From IMG/VR virus record IMGVR_UViG_3300036770_001537: a stretch of DNA of 64,000 nucleotides; one strand, written 5' to 3'. Within the stretch, counting starts at the first letter, position 1; every line of letters starts with the position of its first letter. A program made the translations under genes and the position numbers. Below are positions 10,044 to 19,099 of this stretch, piece by piece. The notes beneath the pieces were generated by a model that did no database searches, had not been told where the DNA came from, and saw nothing but the letters and a program-made list of their open reading frames with translations. The DNA comes from a virus.

Positions 10044-10067
10044 GTAGGGTGGATTTCTCCACCCTAC
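10044..10067 (-). terminator. Hairpin terminator after gp19
   Basis: GTAGGGTGGA-GAAA-TCCACCCTAC followed by ATTTT. Confidence 0.8.
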
Positions 10068-10075
10068 TTTATATA

Positions 10076-10672
10076 TTAGTCTATTCTAGCCACTACTGTT
10101 GTGCCTGTGGTGGCTGTGTTACTAGAGGCACTATCTGTTGTATCAGATTCCCACCATTGATATGCTAGTGTGACAGCATATTCTTCAATGGCATCATTAG
10201 CACCCCAATCAAGTTCAATTGGGGATATATCTATTGGAAACATTCCTACGAATCTATATGCTTTGATAGGGTCTCCAGTTTTACCAAACTGTGTAACAGT
10301 TGCTGGTCTCTGATAGCTTCTTGGATTTTCAAAATTTGCATTTCTTAAATTTCCGGCATGGGAATTTAATCCATTTAACCATATTTCAAATGCTTTACGG
10401 ACAATAAAATCTTCATCATTGATAATTGTGATTGTCCATTCAGGAAAAGTTCTATTGCCAGAAAATTTCAACTCCCTACCAAAATAAAACTGAGAGATTT
10501 GATTTACAGTAGAGCCTGGAAGCTGTGCTGCTCTTGCCATAAATGTTAGTTTGCGGCCAGCACCATCTGGTACACTAACACCAGTTGGGAATGTGAGCGT
10601 GCATTCAAATAGATTGGGTCTTGCCCCATCGTACAACATTTGTGATCTAAATTGATTTATATTAAATGCCAT
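10076..10672 (-). CDS. gp19: Tail tube protein
   Basis: GARPNLF, AAQLPGS, GNRTFPEWTITIINDEDF, FPIDISPIELDW. Confidence 0.95.
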   Translation of the reverse strand: MAFNINQFRSQMLYDGARPNLFECTLTFPTGVSVPDGAGRKLTFMARAAQLPGSTVNQISQFYFGRELKFSGNRTFPEWTITIINDEDFIVRKAFEIWLNGLNSHAGNLRNANFENPRSYQRPATVTQFGKTGDPIKAYRFVGMFPIDISPIELDWGANDAIEEYAVTLAYQWWESDTTDSASSNTATTGTTVVARID

Positions 10673-10700
10673 TTTTTAACTACTCCTTATTTTTATATTT

Positions 10701-10708
10701 TATTTATA
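10701..10708 (-). promoter_or_regulatory. T4-type late promoter TATAAATA (gp19)
   Basis: Exact match upstream of the AAGGAG RBS of gp19. Confidence 0.8.
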
Positions 10709-10715
10709 TTAAGAA

Positions 10716-12425
10716 TTAAAATCTACCGACAACTTCTTCGAACGCAACACCAGTACGCACTGCTACGAAGTTCAACTGGATAAAGTTGATTGATCTTGCT
10801 GGTTTGATGTAGATATCGCCAACAAATTCATTACGGTCGATAACTTCAGGAGTATTATTTGTAGTATCGCATACTACACGGAAATCGAAGATACCTCTAC
10901 GACCCTGAACATCTCGTAGGAATGGTTCAACTAGTGCTACGAACTGTGCTCTTGTAAATTCATCGTTGAACTCAAAGAGTGAGTATCTTGCAGCACGAGC
11001 AATTGCCTTTTCAAGAACAATGAACAATCTGCGGACGTTAATTCTGTCAAATGCAGATGGTTTTGCAAGCATTGTTTTGTCACCAAATAGAACAACACCT
11101 TCACCTGGGAAAGATAGAACAGGATTGATGCCATTCTTATACATATCGTCTCTATTTGCTTTAGTTGGATTCCAAGCAAGTTTGACGACATTTTTGATTT
11201 GACCACGATTGAAACCTGCTGGTGAGAACCAAGGATCACGCTCAAAATCTGTTCTTACACATAGACCGGCAATATCACCATTGAGAGGAACCCAACGATA
11301 TACATTGTTATATTTGTCAAACTGATATTTCCAGTTTCCGTCCATAACTGCGTATGAAGATGAATTGTATAGATTTCTTTTATCAATCATATCTGTCACT
11401 TCGTCTCCGGCATTATTAACAACATCGTTATAATCTGGAGAAACGAATACAACACAGTCTTTTCTAACTTCAGCAACATTATCTACGACATATTCAGATA
11501 CAGTTTGAGAATGTGCACCAGTTAGAATAAGAGATACGTCAACTTCTTCTGCATTGACAAATTTGTCGTATGCTAGGGTAATATCACCATCAGTTGGATT
11601 TTGCACAGTGCCATCTGAAAGTGAAGATGTGTATGATGTGCTGTCCTCTTCAAATTCTGTTCCAGATGCAGGAAGGCCCCAAGTTGCAGTTTCTTCTGTA
11701 GCATCTGCTTCATTGAGTGCATGATTTAGAATATAGATGTATCTTGAACGATCATTAATTACGTTAACATAATAATTTGAAGACCCATCATCATTTACAG
11801 AATCTGATGCCTTAGATACATATTGAAATTTTTCTAATACAGAATTAGCAAGGCCCGTAAATCTACCACCTTCATCAAGGACGATTATATGCATTTCGTC
11901 ATTTGCACCACCTACATTTGATACATATGTGGATGTTCCGGTAGGACCGTCAAACTGTTCAGCATATTCCCATCCAGCATATGCTGTAGAATTTGCTGAT
12001 GCCCAGAGAGAAACTTTAAGTGAGTTTCCTAATGTGCCAGGATATCTTGCAGCAAACATACCTAATGAATTTGCAGCAGCAGGAATACCTAAGTAATTGA
12101 TTTCATAATCATTTCTATTCTTGATAAGAATACCAGAACCATTTGATGTTGCATTACGTGAACCTGTATTTGATGCACGAACGACTCTCAAATTTCTAGC
12201 ATAAGAGAGGAAGTTTGCACAGGTGAAGAATGATCTAAAAGTGTTTGCATCTGGTCTGCCAAAAGTATTGACAAGTTCAACTTCGTTAGAAATGTTCACA
12301 ATCGTGTCCATTGGACCCCATACGAAATTACCAGCATAAGCACCTTCAGTAGTACCAACGGCAGGTACGATTGTTGTCAAGTCAATTTCAGAAACATTGA
12401 CTCCAGGTGAAAGAAAAAATGCCAT
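10716..12425 (-). CDS. gp18: Contractile tail sheath protein
   Basis: SPGVNVSEIDLT, PWFSPAGFNRG, FDRINVRRLF, IYIKPARSINFIQLNF. Confidence 0.97.
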   Translation of the reverse strand: MAFFLSPGVNVSEIDLTTIVPAVGTTEGAYAGNFVWGPMDTIVNISNEVELVNTFGRPDANTFRSFFTCANFLSYARNLRVVRASNTGSRNATSNGSGILIKNRNDYEINYLGIPAAANSLGMFAARYPGTLGNSLKVSLWASANSTAYAGWEYAEQFDGPTGTSTYVSNVGGANDEMHIIVLDEGGRFTGLANSVLEKFQYVSKASDSVNDDGSSNYYVNVINDRSRYIYILNHALNEADATEETATWGLPASGTEFEEDSTSYTSSLSDGTVQNPTDGDITLAYDKFVNAEEVDVSLILTGAHSQTVSEYVVDNVAEVRKDCVVFVSPDYNDVVNNAGDEVTDMIDKRNLYNSSSYAVMDGNWKYQFDKYNNVYRWVPLNGDIAGLCVRTDFERDPWFSPAGFNRGQIKNVVKLAWNPTKANRDDMYKNGINPVLSFPGEGVVLFGDKTMLAKPSAFDRINVRRLFIVLEKAIARAARYSLFEFNDEFTRAQFVALVEPFLRDVQGRRGIFDFRVVCDTTNNTPEVIDRNEFVGDIYIKPARSINFIQLNFVAVRTGVAFEEVVGRF

Positions 12426-12547
12426 CTTTTTATACTCCTTTTTGGAAGGGTTGTTTATTATTGTCTTATATTATTTAGAAAAATGACGTTTTTCACTTGA
12501 CAACCTTGACAAGCACTATATAATGGCTATGTCAGCCCTTCAATGAA

Positions 12548-15202
12548 TTATAGTTTATATCTATTACTTAACACTTCCCAATCAGTGTTATCAAATACGA
12601 ATCTATTGCCTTTACTGACTATCCACTTCTCCTTTGCATCTGCTTCAGGATCATCAAACTCATCAACTCCATTATCAATGATGCCAAATGGAACTAAGTC
12701 TTGATCCATGATATTCATCTGTTCTTGTTGCAATGCACTTCTAATATCATTATTAATATTTTCCTTAAAGTATCTTTGACCTGTTAACCAACCAAAGTGT
12801 ACCAGTGTCATTGCCAAATCATCATTATTACCTTCTTCTGCTTTGAATGTTTGTTTATCAGCAGAGAATGTCATTAGTTCTTGAATAGTATCATAGTCAT
12901 TGATAATTAACTTATCAGATTCAATCAATGTCTTTATATTAGCACAACCAATCATCTTGGTTTGTTTATTGGTCTTGAGACCATATGCAATCTTCTTTTT
13001 GAATCCGGGAGTATGTTGTTGACCATGCTTACCTTTTGTTTCAATCTTGATTAGATTATCATATGCTAGTTCATGATGAAGAATATCGGATACCTGTAAT
13101 CCAATAGAATTTATTTCTACAAGAACAAATGCATCATTATACATTTTTGCTGCTTGAAGAATTACAGTTGGAAACAATAATGGTGTTATCTTATTATTCT
13201 TATATTTCGCAACTTGTCTGTATGGAAACTCTGTAACATCTATAATTGAAAATGTTGAATAGTCTTGGTTTAGACCTTCTGCAACATCAACGGTCATTGT
13301 GTATGTATGATTAGGAATAGGTTCTTTGTAAATATGTAAACAATCATTCATATCTTTACGAATAGGTTCATGCCATACAAGTGAACGAAGTTTGACTGGA
13401 TGTATTAGTGTGTTCGTTGAACCAATAAATTCACATTCAAATTCTTGACGGAATTGATCTGGTGATGTGTTACGAATGGTTGTTTCTTTCCACTTCTCAT
13501 CACGACCAGGAACCATAGACCAGTGAATTTCAATTGGTTTATAAAGACTTTTTTCTTCGACTGCTTCAGTCCACATTTTATAGAATAGATTCATACCATT
13601 TGGAGTAGACACTATGATAACTTTGGTTGTGTTACCAGATGAAATGGTTGGGTATGTTGACATAAAGAATGCTTCGGCAATGTTATTGGGAACGAATGCA
13701 AACTCGTCAAGGAATATCATATTGAAAGCACGACCACGTACAGAAGAACCTGAAGTTGAGTCTGCTAATGCTTTTGATCCATTAGCCAATTCTATTGAAC
13801 CTTTATTCCACTCAATAACACCCTGCTTAAGAAAGAACGGTAGATATTCAAAAGCAAGTTGAAGTCTACTCATAATTTCACGGGCAGTAGAAGATTTGTT
13901 GGCAAGTATAGCAACATTTACATTTTCATTGAATAGAATATAGTGTAGTATATACGCGACAGATGTTGTAGTATTGTGTGTAGGAATTAGATTTTTTCCA
14001 ATTAGAAATAAGTGACTCTCATTGTCAACTTGTATACATTTTGTTGGAATGGATTCTGTCTCTACAATTTTTTTGATATATAGTCTTTTGTTTTTTTCTT
14101 TATAATTATGAGTGGATTGTCTGGATAATTTACGTGGTAATCTAAAGCAGTTGAATAAGTCTGTGGCAAATCTAACTATAAAATATAAATTCCCTTTTAC
14201 AGACTTAGGTCTTTTACGAGTTTTTACACCCAAAGACCTAAGAATAAAGATGAAGTCGTCAACAATGTTTTCATCTTTTTGACAGAACTCCATTTTTCCA
14301 CTGTTTGTGATGTAACCATCAGTGTCCATTAATCCTTGAATAATTTCTATTCTTTGATGTCTTGCCGAAAACTTGTAAATGTCTGGTATATGTTTATTAC
14401 CTTTTAGGCCATTTTCACGCAGACTTTTATGTAAGCCTTCAATATTGAAGTTGCCAACATTTACATTTTCTTTATATGGCCTAAAATTTGATATATTTGG
14501 TATGTTTGATTTATAGTGCTGATAATCGTCAATATGGCAAGTAATTCTACCATCACTTTTGTTGCCATCACCTAACCAGACACCCAAAACATATGGATCG
14601 ATTGGCAACTGTTTTTCTGGAAAATCTAAACACTCATTTAACTTAACATATAGGCCACTACTATTTTCTTTTTTTTCTGATAGTGTTTTGATTAGGTCGG
14701 GCATACCTAAAGTTTTAGACTTGTGTTTCCAATCGGAAGAGCAAACTTCCCATAGATGATCTTCATCACAAGTTATTGTTGTTCCATCATCAAATTGAAC
14801 ATCGTAACACTTTAGATTTTTTATTGGCGTTACTAGTTTTACTGTTGTCAATTTTCCGTCTGGACCATATATCTTATCGCCAACAGAAAGATTTCCAAAC
14901 TTGACAAATCCAGTATCAGTAAGGATATCTTCATTAATATCAATACCTTTACCAACCTGACGAGGTAATTTACAAATAGAGAATCTGTTATTATGGAATG
15001 TGTTAAGCATATCCTGTTGAAAGTCCCACATATCAAAGTGCATGAGACCTTTATCCACGTTAACAATCATCATATAATTGACAGCAAAATATACGGGATC
15101 ATTAGCACATTTTATGAACTCATCAACTTCATGCTGAGTAAAATTGTGCTGATAATCGTGTCTGGGAAGATTTGGATTGTTTTGATACCCAAAATTAGCC
15201 AT
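12548..15202 (-). CDS. gp17: Terminase large subunit, intein-containing (559 aa after splicing)
   Basis: Walker A LPRQVGK|TT split by an intein; FLDEFAF Walker B; IIVSTPNG; nuclease motifs VDVAEG and NDDLAM. Confidence 0.96.
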   Translation of the reverse strand: MANFGYQNNPNLPRHDYQHNFTQHEVDEFIKCANDPVYFAVNYMMIVNVDKGLMHFDMWDFQQDMLNTFHNNRFSICKLPRQVGKGIDINEDILTDTGFVKFGNLSVGDKIYGPDGKLTTVKLVTPIKNLKCYDVQFDDGTTITCDEDHLWEVCSSDWKHKSKTLGMPDLIKTLSEKKENSSGLYVKLNECLDFPEKQLPIDPYVLGVWLGDGNKSDGRITCHIDDYQHYKSNIPNISNFRPYKENVNVGNFNIEGLHKSLRENGLKGNKHIPDIYKFSARHQRIEIIQGLMDTDGYITNSGKMEFCQKDENIVDDFIFILRSLGVKTRKRPKSVKGNLYFIVRFATDLFNCFRLPRKLSRQSTHNYKEKNKRLYIKKIVETESIPTKCIQVDNESHLFLIGKNLIPTHNTTTSVAYILHYILFNENVNVAILANKSSTAREIMSRLQLAFEYLPFFLKQGVIEWNKGSIELANGSKALADSTSGSSVRGRAFNMIFLDEFAFVPNNIAEAFFMSTYPTISSGNTTKVIIVSTPNGMNLFYKMWTEAVEEKSLYKPIEIHWSMVPGRDEKWKETTIRNTSPDQFRQEFECEFIGSTNTLIHPVKLRSLVWHEPIRKDMNDCLHIYKEPIPNHTYTMTVDVAEGLNQDYSTFSIIDVTEFPYRQVAKYKNNKITPLLFPTVILQAAKMYNDAFVLVEINSIGLQVSDILHHELAYDNLIKIETKGKHGQQHTPGFKKKIAYGLKTNKQTKMIGCANIKTLIESDKLIINDYDTIQELMTFSADKQTFKAEEGNNDDLAMTLVHFGWLTGQRYFKENINNDIRSALQQEQMNIMDQDLVPFGIIDNGVDEFDDPEADAKEKWIVSKGNRFVFDNTDWEVLSNRYKL
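13973..14947 (-). mobile_element. Class-3-type intein (325 aa) with LAGLIDADG endonuclease
   Basis: Starts GIDINEDILT, block B TCDEDHLW, block F TKCIQVD, block G IPTHN|T; LAGLIDADG helices PYVLGVWLGDG and IIQGLMDTDG. Confidence 0.92.
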
Positions 15203-15219
15203 TAATTTTGTTATTTACC

Positions 15220-17274
15220 TTATAGATTATTTGCCACGACTCTATTTGTAGCCGCTGGAGAATTTTCCAAAACAGTATATGTTATAGGAGTTCCATTTGA
15301 AGCTAGACCGGCATTGCCTACAGCAACCAATGTTTGCATTCCACCACATACACTAAATCCTACTGATGGAGATGAAGAAACTCCATATAACATATTATTA
15401 GTAATATATGCAGTATTTGCTAGTCCGGCTGAATTACCAATTTGCACACCTCTTACAACATCCTTAAAGATATTTCCATTAATATTAATAGTTCTACCTT
15501 CGCTATAGATAGAATATGTGCCTTTGTTATTCGCTATCATATTATTGGTTATCATCACATCTAACGATGTTATATCATTTGTGGTTTTATTATTATCAAT
15601 ATACATAGAATAGTTTGTTTGATTTTGTAAAGAATTGTTTTGTATTTTACAGAACCCGTTACTGCCAACAACTGAAATTCCTAATTCGCCTCCAATTAAT
15701 CTATTATCTATAATATTTGCATCTTCACAATATGATATTTCTATATGTTTTTCTATAGAATCGCAATTATGAATATAATTACCTCTAATCTCAACGGGTC
15801 TAGCATATACTGATCCTACATATCCAGATTTTGAACCATCAACTGCTATACCCACATTTGCATTATTTAAATTAGATATTATATTGTCACATACTATAAT
15901 AGACCCTTCTGCATAATCTGTAGTCCCGCTTGGATATATGGCACCATTAATGGATATTGCCGCTAGTACATCATTTTCACTATATCCTCTATACACATAT
16001 GATTTACCATCTATGATATTCTCAGAAATTATTAAATTTTTTCCGTGTTGTTTATTTTTAATTGCTACCCATTTAGAATTTTTTATAATATTACCAGTAA
16101 TAATGGAATTATCTGTCCACATATAAAGATCGATGGCTCCAATACCTTGTGTTACACCACATCCTCTATATTCAAATCTATTATTTAATACTTGAACTTG
16201 TGCTGGATATACTGTATTGGTTTGGGATGCTAAACTTGCAATAGCATATCTACCATTAGATGTTGCGGAGGGTGGATATGTGTTTGTAAAATCATTATTT
16301 TCTATACATGCGTCTAATTGATTTCCTATGAGAATATCGCCAGCACTATAATCATTAGATGAATATTCGAAACTATCTCTTCCATCAACAAATTTAGACT
16401 TTGTTACAAATAATATTTCTTTAGTATTAGATACATTTGATGTTGCGTTAGAATTATAATATATTGCATGATGTCCAGAATTTACAAAAAGACAATTATC
16501 TACTATAATATGTGCTGCATTACTGTTTGAGACACCTGTTGCTGTGATATATATAGAATCAAGTTGCGTATTGGCAACTTGATTCTGTTCGTTGCCATCA
16601 AAACCAATATTATCGAATTTGACTTTTGTTGCAGTACCAGTAATATTAATCAATTTATTGGATATTGCAAGATTATCTATAGCCTTGATTATTGATTTTT
16701 CTCTTGATGTTCCTAATATTTGCAGACTTCCATTAATATTTAATGAAGACACTAGGAATATTCCCGATGGAATATATAAATTTTTGTTGTTTGAAATAGC
16801 ATCATTTATTGCATTTTGTATAATAGTTGTGTTATTTGTTGAATTATCTCCAATAGCACCATAATCATCAATATTAATAATTCCAAAACCAGAATTTGCT
16901 TTATTGAATGCAGCAATTGAAATTACATTAGCACCAGCAATAGTAGCAGAAGCAAATGAATTAGCACCAGTTCCTACTGCTGTATTAGCACCTTCTATAA
17001 CTGATAATAGGTAACTATTAGCACCAGTTCCTACTGCTGTATTAGCACCTTCTATAACTGATAATAGGTAACTATTAGCACCAGCACCAGTATTATATGC
17101 TAACAAATTAGCAGCATTGGCTTTATCATATGCTGAGGAAGAAACTGCTGCAACATTATCACCATTAGCAAACAATTCACTAAAGTTACTATTTATTTTT
17201 GTGAAACTTGTTCTTAAAGGATCACCAGTGCCATCATTAGCAATTGTGCCTATGTTGATAATTTCTTTTGTCAT
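15220..17274 (-). CDS. Tailspike/fibre with parallel beta-helix (pectin-lyase-like, putative depolymerase)
   Basis: N-terminal gp9/gp10-type anchor INIGTIANDGTGDPLRTSFTKIN; NIDDYGAIGD...IQNAIN...LYIPSG beta-helix start; Asn/Ile ladder repeats. Confidence 0.8.
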   Translation of the reverse strand: MTKEIINIGTIANDGTGDPLRTSFTKINSNFSELFANGDNVAAVSSSAYDKANAANLLAYNTGAGANSYLLSVIEGANTAVGTGANSYLLSVIEGANTAVGTGANSFASATIAGANVISIAAFNKANSGFGIINIDDYGAIGDNSTNNTTIIQNAINDAISNNKNLYIPSGIFLVSSLNINGSLQILGTSREKSIIKAIDNLAISNKLINITGTATKVKFDNIGFDGNEQNQVANTQLDSIYITATGVSNSNAAHIIVDNCLFVNSGHHAIYYNSNATSNVSNTKEILFVTKSKFVDGRDSFEYSSNDYSAGDILIGNQLDACIENNDFTNTYPPSATSNGRYAIASLASQTNTVYPAQVQVLNNRFEYRGCGVTQGIGAIDLYMWTDNSIITGNIIKNSKWVAIKNKQHGKNLIISENIIDGKSYVYRGYSENDVLAAISINGAIYPSGTTDYAEGSIIVCDNIISNLNNANVGIAVDGSKSGYVGSVYARPVEIRGNYIHNCDSIEKHIEISYCEDANIIDNRLIGGELGISVVGSNGFCKIQNNSLQNQTNYSMYIDNNKTTNDITSLDVMITNNMIANNKGTYSIYSEGRTININGNIFKDVVRGVQIGNSAGLANTAYITNNMLYGVSSSPSVGFSVCGGMQTLVAVGNAGLASNGTPITYTVLENSPAATNRVVANNL
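16961..17084. repeat. Perfect 57-bp tandem duplication (about 2.2 copies) in the tailspike stalk
   Basis: ttagcaccagttcctactgctgtattagcaccttctataactgataataggtaacta repeated; encodes GANSYLLSVIEGANTAVGT twice. Confidence 0.9.
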
Positions 17275-17283
17275 TTTTTACCT

Positions 17284-17511
17284 TTATTTTTTACGTTCTA
17301 TAGTATTTAGTTTATTATAATACTTAGGGTCTTCACCGATATGAGCAAGGGCAATTCTACGAGCAACCTTTTCATTGGTAGAATGTTCTCCTTCTACCTT
17401 AATTCCCATTTCAAGCTGCTTTTTGATTTGTTTTACATCAACATTATGTTTCTTGGCTAATTCATCAACCGAAGATACTGGTTTGTTTAGAAACTCTTTG
17501 AATGATTTCAT
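17284..17511 (-). CDS. DUF5661-like small protein with capsid-targeting-like N-terminus
   Basis: MKSFKEFL start; MGIKVEGEH...IALAHIGEDPKYY motif. Confidence 0.65.
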   Translation of the reverse strand: MKSFKEFLNKPVSSVDELAKKHNVDVKQIKKQLEMGIKVEGEHSTNEKVARRIALAHIGEDPKYYNKLNTIERKK

Positions 17512-18020
17512 TAATCTTCCTTTTTCACATCAAAATTTCCAAATATTTTTAGATGAGGATGGTCCAATATCATTCTTTTCTCATCATTACTAATTTCTCT
17601 ATGCGGTGTTATTACCGTAGGTTTATGGGATTCATTACTTGGTGGCTTATGAATTGTGGCAGGAATAGCATCTTCAGGTATAGAATGCTCGGGTTTCTGG
17701 TCGTTAATCAATTTTCTTATTCCACCATGAGATATTTTTTCGCCCTTGAATACGACAACTCCGTTTGGATGAATCCATGCAGAATGTCTTGTTATTTCAC
17801 CTCTCTTAGATTTCAAATTTTCTATGTTTTCAGTATCTTCTTCATTACCTACCTCAACTTTTCCACTTTTTTTCACTTCAGTTGGTTTGGGATTATGAAC
17901 ATAACTTACTTCTGTCCCGTTTGGTCTTACTACGGCATGTGTACCAGAACCTGATTTAACTTTCATATATTTTGGTGGGCCTTTACCTGCTTCTTCTAAG
18001 TATTGCTTGAATGTTTTCAT
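17511..18020 (-). CDS. Putative internal head protein
   Basis: Likely start at 18020 ([24 protein letters not shown] overlap with the upstream endonuclease stop). Confidence 0.6.
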   Translation of the reverse strand: MKTFKQYLEEAGKGPPKYMKVKSGSGTHAVVRPNGTEVSYVHNPKPTEVKKSGKVEVGNEEDTENIENLKSKRGEITRHSAWIHPNGVVVFKGEKISHGGIRKLINDQKPEHSIPEDAIPATIHKPPSNESHKPTVITPHREISNDEKRMILDHPHLKIFGNFDVKKED

Positions 18021-18622
18021 TTTTCTTCCTTGATTTTCTTCCAATATTCTCTCATTTTTTCCGAATGTTCGGGTCTTAATTTTCCTCTAAAATAATTTCC
18101 TTTTTTCGAATTTACTTCTTTAGAATATTTTTTGCCTAAGTTTGCCTCTGAGAGTTTTCTTCTTGTTTCTATACTGGGATTTCTTTTACTCTCTGATATT
18201 TTTTTCTTAGTATCTTCAGAATATTTTTTGCCTTTGTTCCATGCTATTTGAAGACCTTTCTTTCCCTTGTTCCAAGGAATCTGTCCTTTGTGCCCATCGC
18301 TTATTTTTTTCAACTGATTTTCATTAAATTTAAATCCAGATATCCCGTCGCCACCATCAGTTCTATTTCTTAAAATACCTGTTCCATTATCTTTACGCCC
18401 ATACCATCGTATCAACCTTCTCTCTAGTGCTAATGCTCCTATTTCAGTTAAATTTTCCTCAACGATAATAATGTGATTTTTATTTTTCGGTCTTCTTATT
18501 TTTTGAGAATTATGACTAGACCATGCTCGCTTGCCTTTACCTTTACCTATATAATATGGTGTATAGTCTTCTCTAATATAAGCATATACATAATATTCTA
18601 ATGTTGATTGATAAATAATCAT
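18017..18622 (-). mobile_element. Free-standing GIY-YIG homing endonuclease with NUMOD3 repeats
   Basis: YVYAY...[36 protein letters not shown] repeats; start re-placed at MIIYQ (GGAGG RBS). Confidence 0.88.
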
Positions 18623-18691
18623 GCTGATACCTCCAGTATAGGTGTTAGAATGGTCGGAGACGGCAATCTCGCGGGCCATATTTTATTTATC
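18610..18691 (-). ncRNA. Putative structured cis-regulatory leader, copy A
   Basis: Same stem layout and conserved CGC, TCTAA, GGAG and CAGC elements as 62494-62571; see findings. Confidence 0.6.
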
Positions 18692-19099
18692 TTCTTTCGA
18701 CTTTATCATTTTCAATAAGTCGGCAGTAGTTCCGCAGAAGACTGCCTTTTCTACTGTAATATCACCTTGAGGTGTCTTATTACTCACTTCTTTTAATTCT
18801 TTGGTAGTCTTTTGTAGAGCATATAAATCTTTGGTTGTTTCTGAAATTGTTTTCATCATTGTCGCAAATACTTCGTATGCCCGAGGACTTTCACTCTGTC
18901 TTGCCAACTCCTTCATATCTTCCATTGCCAGATTACCTTGTTGAATTAAGTTTCTAAAAGTTTGTCTGGCTAAGTTGTAATCTGCTTCAGCATCATTTGT
19001 CTGTGTAGGTTCAAGTATTTCCTGTCGCACAGGTTCAAGTATTTCCTGCTTTGGTGCTACTGGTTCAATACCCAAGGCATCTGTTAATTTTTTATTCAT
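18683..19099 (-). CDS. gp16: Terminase small subunit
   Basis: DYNLARQTFRNLI, ESPRAYEV, AVFCGTTADLLKM. Confidence 0.93.
   Translation of the reverse strand: MNKKLTDALGIEPVAPKQEILEPVRQEILEPTQTNDAEADYNLARQTFRNLIQQGNLAMEDMKELARQSESPRAYEVFATMMKTISETTKDLYALQKTTKELKEVSNKTPQGDITVEKAVFCGTTADLLKMIKSKEDK

Noticed and set aside
18610-18691. Assigning the endonuclease leader to HDV-like, twister, pistol or SAM-II/V families
   Set aside because: CTAA is present, but I could not find the required pseudoknots or consensus order by eye; left unassigned.
19006-19048. Short duplication in gp16 (QEILEP twice)
   Set aside because: A 24-bp slippage in a disordered N-terminus with no sign of function.
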